A stretch of 22,583 nt of DNA from a candidate division WOR-3 bacterium (lineage in GTDB: Bacteria > Hydrothermota > Tepidihabitantia > Tepidihabitantales > Tepidihabitantaceae): contig CBFGIY010000037.1 of NCBI GenBank assembly GCA_965648935.1, positions 1 to 22,583 of the forward strand, written 5' to 3'. Positions 18,398-22,583 of the stretch are shown here, piece by piece. The first letter of the stretch is position 1. Each line of letters begins with the position of its first letter. Below the pieces are notes generated by a model, which saw nothing but the letters and a program-made list of their open reading frames with translations, did no database searches and was not told the DNA's origin. Made by a program: the position numbers and the translations under genes.

Positions 18398-19322
18398 CCC
18401 CGGAGATCTGCTGGGGGCTGCCCAGTTCGCGAGCTCCGGGCGCGAGCCCCGCCGCATAGCCGTAGTCGACATAGAAGCGCTTGATGCGCAATCCGACGCC
18501 GAAACTGAGGTTCCCCCGGTGGACGCCGAGGCGGCCATGGAGCAGATTCCGGAAGGCGTACTCGACGCCAAAGTTCGGGACGAGTGCCGGCCCGTCGAGC
18601 GCGATTTCGTTCTCGGCGGCGAGGGTCAGCCGGTCGCGGCCGAAACGGAAGGACTTGGCCGCGCCAACGCATGCCTTGGGCAACACCTGTTCGCGCGTTC
18701 CGGTGTCCCAGAACAACGGTGAGGTGCTCGCGTTGCGCAGCCGCACTCCGATGTCCAGGTCCGTGGCAGGGCTGATGGTGGCCCCGATGTCCAGGCCCAT
18801 ACCGACGGACGAGCCGACGCCGATGTCCTGGTAGATGACCTTGGCATTGGCTCCGACTGCAAGATACTGGCTGAACGCACGCGCGAAGTTGACGTAGCCG
18901 ACAAGCTGGTTGGCGCTGACCTCTCTGACAACATAGGGCCGGTTGTCGGGGCCGGGCGGGCGAGTCGAGTCGGGCAGTGCGGTCAGCTTGATACCGGGGA
19001 TGCCGTTGTGCAGGATCGCGAAGCCGAAGGCCTGGCGGTTCCGGCCGAAGCACAGGCCCAGGTAGTTATGACTAAGCAGTCCGGTGAAGTCCTCGGAGTG
19101 AAGGAACGTCGCGGCGGTGCGGCCGCTGCGGACCGTGAGCGACGGGTTGTAGTAGATGGCGCTGGGGTCAAGCGCTGCCGCCACCACTGCGCCGCCCATA
19201 CCGGTCGAGCGAGCCGAGGTTCCCAGTTCTTCGAAATCGCCGGCAAACGGCGTCGCCAGAGCAATGCCGCAGAGGGCCTGCGCGACGAGCACTGAACCGA
19301 TCGCTCGAATCAAGCGGTGCAT
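18384..19322 (-). CDS. PorV/UPF0164-like outer-membrane beta-barrel
   Basis: Signal peptide; GTSARSTGMGGA, AIYYNPS, GLDIG, GVEY, VDYGY; C-terminal Phe (GVEF). Start ATG 19322 or TTG 19313. Confidence 0.8.
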   Translation of the reverse strand: MHRLIRAIGSVLVAQALCGIALATPFAGDFEELGTSARSTGMGGAVVAAALDPSAIYYNPSLTVRSGRTAATFLHSEDFTGLLSHNYLGLCFGRNRQAFGFAILHNGIPGIKLTALPDSTRPPGPDNRPYVVREVSANQLVGYVNFARAFSQYLAVGANAKVIYQDIGVGSSVGMGLDIGATISPATDLDIGVRLRNASTSPLFWDTGTREQVLPKACVGAAKSFRFGRDRLTLAAENEIALDGPALVPNFGVEYAFRNLLHGRLGVHRGNLSFGVGLRIKRFYVDYGYAAGLAPGARELGSPQQISGGVEF

Positions 19323-19362
19323 CCTCCGAGGGCGTCGGGGTTTCGTTCCGGCCACATGCCTA

Positions 19363-19390
19363 ATCATATACGACAGCCACTCCTGTTCAA
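19363..19390 (-). promoter_or_regulatory. Sigma70 promoter of the PorV-like/kinase/foldase genes
   Basis: TTGAAC (contains the upstream TGA)-16 bp-TATGAT. Confidence 0.6.
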
Positions 19391-20679
19391 CTGCCGGCGA
19401 CTCTGCGAACCGAGCCGGTCAGTTCCTTCTTCAGTATGTACCGCGGCCGGCTGTAGGTTGGCCGGGCAGTGACCAGCACGCGGTACTCCCCGACCGGCAC
19501 GAGCCGTCCGTCGTTGTCGCGCCCGTCCCAGACTATGAGGACTTCGCCGGGTCGCTGGTGATGGGGCGGGGCGAGGGAGCGGACGACTCGTCCGGTGCTG
19601 TCGGTGACCTCGACCGTGATGTCCGCGAGTTCGGTGACGTAGAGCGCGATGGTCGTTCCCGGCGCTTTCTCGTCGAACTGCGCGGGGTAGAAGCCGACCA
19701 GGTAGGCGTCGAGTCCGAGCCAGTAGTACTGGCCGCCGTCGGCTTCGATGATGAACACCTGGCCAAACCGCCGCCAGATGGTGATTCCGCGCGGGGAGAG
19801 AAAGCGTCCCTCGCTCGTCCCTTCGCGTCCGTAGGAGACGATGTACTTCAGCGCCGGGTCGAACACGTGCAGCTGTGCGTTGACCTGGTCGGTCACATAC
19901 ACGTTGCCGTGCCGGTCGAACGCGCAGAAGGCGAATCCCGCCTCCAAAAGCCCGATCCGTCGGGAGTCGACCTGTCGCTCCAGGCCGCCGGAGAGCGTGA
20001 AGCGGCTGAGGCGGGACCGACCGCGGTCGATGACGACCGCGCCATCATACGAGAAATCGTTGAAGTCGGCCGCCGCGTCGAGCACGGCGATGCCGGTTGG
20101 CCGGTCCAGCCCTTCGCGCCACTCGGCGATTCTTCTTCCTTCGTGGTCAAAGACCACGATGCGGTTGCTGTCGGTGTCGGTGACGTATACCCGGCCGCGC
20201 GAGTCAAGCGCCACATCGTGCGGATGGGCAAGCGCGGAATCGACCACGCCGACCCAGGTGAGTTCGGTTGCCGCATAGCGCAGCCGGACAAGCCGGTTGT
20301 TGTCAGTATCGGCGACATAGACATCGCCCTGCGCGTTGCAGGCTATGCCGTGCGGTCGGCTGAACTCGCCGACGCCCGAGCCGGTCCGGCCGAAGACTTT
20401 AGGCTGGATCAGTTTGACGTTGTAGACAACCTGGCCCGTGCCCGAGTTGACGCCGAAGAGCGTGAGGATGTGGTCGTCTCTGCTCGTCCGCGGGTCGTCT
20501 TCTTCGACCATCTTCGCGCCGCAGATTGCCTGAGGGTCCGCCAGTTTGAAATCCCGGCCGACGTACATGTTGACGTAGAAGCGGCCGATGCGGTTGAAAC
20601 CGAGGGTGTGCTCGAAGGGCGGCACCATCAGTGTTGTGGGAGCCTGGGCCAGAATGGCGCTGATGAGCAGTAACTGCAC
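19387..20679 (-). CDS. NHL-repeat beta-propeller protein with C-terminal FlgD-Ig-like domain
   Basis: FSRPHGIA..GDVYVADTDNNRL, HPHDVALD..RVYVTDT.SNRI, FLSPRGI; TGRVVRSL..VWDGRDNDGRLVP.GEY; GTG 20679 begins a short hydrophobic N-terminus. Confidence 0.85.
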   Translation of the reverse strand: MQLLLISAILAQAPTTLMVPPFEHTLGFNRIGRFYVNMYVGRDFKLADPQAICGAKMVEEDDPRTSRDDHILTLFGVNSGTGQVVYNVKLIQPKVFGRTGSGVGEFSRPHGIACNAQGDVYVADTDNNRLVRLRYAATELTWVGVVDSALAHPHDVALDSRGRVYVTDTDSNRIVVFDHEGRRIAEWREGLDRPTGIAVLDAAADFNDFSYDGAVVIDRGRSRLSRFTLSGGLERQVDSRRIGLLEAGFAFCAFDRHGNVYVTDQVNAQLHVFDPALKYIVSYGREGTSEGRFLSPRGITIWRRFGQVFIIEADGGQYYWLGLDAYLVGFYPAQFDEKAPGTTIALYVTELADITVEVTDSTGRVVRSLAPPHHQRPGEVLIVWDGRDNDGRLVPVGEYRVLVTARPTYSRPRYILKKELTGSVRRVAGS

Positions 20680-20686
20680 CTGATAG

Positions 20687-20714
20687 ATGCTAGTTGGGCC
20701 GGTCAGCGAGTCAA
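20687..20714 (-). promoter_or_regulatory. Sigma70 promoter, probably leaderless
   Basis: TTGACT (contains the larA TGA)-16 bp-TAGCAT-7 nt-GTG. Confidence 0.65.
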
Positions 20715-21949
20715 GCCGGCGGCGCGAGTACCGGGACCAGGGCGCCGGCGTCGGGGATGACATATGTGCGCGCGCTCGGGCCGAGAACGCGCAGCGCGTC
20801 ATCGAACGCCGATTGGACCGATGAAAACGGCGTCATGAAAACGGAGCGAACTACCTCGTCCGGTATGTTCATTACAGTGTACAGCCGGGTTGCCGCCATG
20901 ATCTGGGCGAGCCGGGCCGACTTGTGCCAGCCGAGCCGGCCGCTGGCCTCGGTGCATTTGAGGACGTCATCTGCGGCGGCGCAGTCCTTGAAGACATCGA
21001 TGAATCCATCGTTGCCAACACCGTCGCGGCAGGCGGATACGGTTATGTGGACCGAGGGGCTCTTGAGAACCGGCCGCGCGAACTCGACCGCGCGCTGGGC
21101 CTGGTAGAAGTTGATGTCGTAGGGCCGGCCGAGCGCGCTGATGACGATGTCGGCGGGTTCCGCAACCGGCACGGCGAAGACCCCATGGGCATCGCGGCAG
21201 GCCCGCATGAAGGAGTCGTGCACCGAGCCGTGGCGCACGGAGAGCAGGCGGTGTCCGCGGTCCTGAACGACCTGCACCGAGAAGACCGGGCGGTTCACCA
21301 TCCGATAGGCCTCAACCATGTCCTCGTGTACCGGGTTGCCTTCGAGGTTGAACGTCCGTGAACCGGGTCGAGTTACCATATTGTGGTTGCGCGCGATGGT
21401 GTCGTAGCCGGCGATGCCCGGCAGAAAGCCCTTGCGGCCGCCGGTGTAGCCGGCGAAGTAGTGGGGCTCGATCGAGTTGAGAGTGATTACCTTGTCGGCC
21501 CAGAGCAGCTCGCGGTTGAACCATACCGGCGTGCCGAGTCTTGTCTTGCCGGCGAAGTAGAGCCTGGCGTTGTCGCGGCAGTCGTGACAGAGCACCTTTG
21601 ATCGGTGCCGGGCGTAGAAGTCCGCACCGAAGATGCCGGCGTATTCGGACTCGGTCGGGGGGCGATGAGTGCCTGAGGCGATGAGGTAGCGCACGTCGCG
21701 GCCGACGAGCGCGGGGGAGAGCGATTCGATGAGAAGGCTGTTCGGCGTGGGCCGGGTGTAGTCGTTGACGAGCACGAGCACGCGGCGAGCCTCGCCGAGG
21801 AACACCGCGCAGTCCAGCGCCATCTGCGCCAGCGCGGCAGCGGTGTCGTGCAGGGGGCAGCAGTCGGCCGGTTCGAGGACACCGATGAGGTTGCGGTCGG
21901 GAACTACGAGCCGCTCTTCGCGGTCGCCGTAGCGGAGCTGCAACTGCAT
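20711..21949 (-). CDS. larA: Nickel-pincer-dependent lactate racemase family protein (LarA/DUF2088)
   Basis: NDYTRPTP, SGTHR, EPHYFAGYTGGRKGFLPG, IARNH, INFYQA. Confidence 0.88.
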   Translation of the reverse strand: MQLQLRYGDREERLVVPDRNLIGVLEPADCCPLHDTAAALAQMALDCAVFLGEARRVLVLVNDYTRPTPNSLLIESLSPALVGRDVRYLIASGTHRPPTESEYAGIFGADFYARHRSKVLCHDCRDNARLYFAGKTRLGTPVWFNRELLWADKVITLNSIEPHYFAGYTGGRKGFLPGIAGYDTIARNHNMVTRPGSRTFNLEGNPVHEDMVEAYRMVNRPVFSVQVVQDRGHRLLSVRHGSVHDSFMRACRDAHGVFAVPVAEPADIVISALGRPYDINFYQAQRAVEFARPVLKSPSVHITVSACRDGVGNDGFIDVFKDCAAADDVLKCTEASGRLGWHKSARLAQIMAATRLYTVMNIPDEVVRSVFMTPFSSVQSAFDDALRVLGPSARTYVIPDAGALVPVLAPPA

Positions 21950-21955
21950 CGACTC

Positions 21956-21983
21956 AGTATATGAAGGCGGCGCAACCGGTCAA
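21956..21983 (-). promoter_or_regulatory. Sigma70 promoter, probably leaderless
   Basis: TTGACC-16 bp-TATACT-6 nt-ATG 21949. Confidence 0.75.
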
Positions 21984-22007
21984 GACGGTTGGGCCGGCGA
22001 TGCCGGA

Positions 22008-22583
22008 TCAGCCGGGCACCTGCCAGACCGAGTCCAGCACGGTCCCGTCGACCCACTTGCAGACCGCCACAACGTTGTCGATGAGGTCCGGTCGCCGCGG
22101 CACGCCGCAGATGCGTTCGACCTCGGCCTTGATGTCTTCGATCGGCCGGACCGGCAGCCCCTTGCCCCGGATTGCGGCGAGCAGGTCGGATCGACGCGGG
22201 TTGACTGCGATGCCGAGTTCGGTGACGACGACATCGACCAGCTCACCCGGCGCGCAGAGGGTTGTGACGCGGTCGACGATGACCGGCATCCGATCGCGCA
22301 TCGCCGGCACCGAGAGAATCGTGCAGCGGGCAAACATGCAGTTCTGCCAGCCGCCGATGCCGTGGCGGAGCCGGCCATCGGAATGGGTGATGACATTCGC
22401 GTTGAAATCGGTGTCGACCTCGGTCGCGCCCAGTACCGCGACGTCGAGCAGGTTGATGAAGTTGCCCTTGGCGTGGTAGTTGTAGCTGTACAGCGGCGTC
22501 GTCGAGATGTGGCCGCGGTTGACTGATATCGAGCGGATAGCGTCGGTGTCAACGGCCTGGCCGTCGATGAGCGCCGGGGTGAG
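22008..22583 (-). CDS. citF: Citrate lyase alpha subunit-like CoA-transferase, C-terminal part (runs off window)
   Basis: Frame open to the window edge: LLDVAVLGATEVDTDFNANV..SDG..GIGG..VDRVTT..PGELVDVVVTELGIAVNPRR..DGTVLDSV. Confidence 0.85.
   Translation of the reverse strand, partial: LTPALIDGQAVDTDAIRSISVNRGHISTTPLYSYNYHAKGNFINLLDVAVLGATEVDTDFNANVITHSDGRLRHGIGGWQNCMFARCTILSVPAMRDRMPVIVDRVTTLCAPGELVDVVVTELGIAVNPRRSDLLAAIRGKGLPVRPIEDIKAEVERICGVPRRPDLIDNVVAVCKWVDGTVLDSVWQVPG

Noticed and set aside
18400..19053. Long N-terminal extension of the 422-aa ORF 17785..19053
   Set aside because: Arg/Pro-rich alternative frame of the PorV-like gene; only the C-terminal ~200 aa look like protein
19156..20673. 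505-aa plus-strand ORF
   Set aside because: Antisense shadow of the NHL gene; no motifs; expected in high-GC DNA
21961..22552. ORFs 21980..22552(-) and 21961..22479(+)
   Set aside because: Wrong frames; the citF-like frame ends at 22008 and is open to the window edge
1..22583. CRISPR array, IS/transposase, phage or defence genes
   Set aside because: No regularly spaced repeats, terminal inverted repeats or such protein motifs found by eye

Overview
GC-rich bacterial chromosomal window with no mobile element or CRISPR array. The gene content (PorV-like barrel, FlgD/T9SS-like C-terminal domains, many lipoproteins) suggests a diderm of the FCB/WOR-3 type, which is inference only. Left: a secreted Ig-repeat protein, a lipoprotein, a TMTC-like GT-C/TPR membrane protein and a stand-alone 72-aa gene. 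Centre: the S10-spc ribosomal protein cluster rpsJ to rplF. It has no tuf upstream and breaks after rplF, where tRNA-Glu(CTC) stands in place of rplR-rpsE-rpmD-rplO-secY. Next come a DNase I-like (EEP) lipoprotein ORF between convergent tRNA-Glu and tRNA-Leu(CAA) genes, and a transglutaminase-like lipoprotein. Right, minus strand: citF (partial), a larA-family gene, an NHL/FlgD protein, a PorV-like barrel, a polyprenol-kinase/CDP-transferase-like gene and a TPR-parvulin foldase. Most notable: apparently leaderless genes behind sigma70-type promoters (often 16-bp spacers, some with the -35 box built on the upstream stop codon), two genes lacking a usable in-frame start codon (one with a possible CCC-C +1 frameshift), a possible parvulin nested in a parvulin, and a recurrent 25-bp intergenic dyad.
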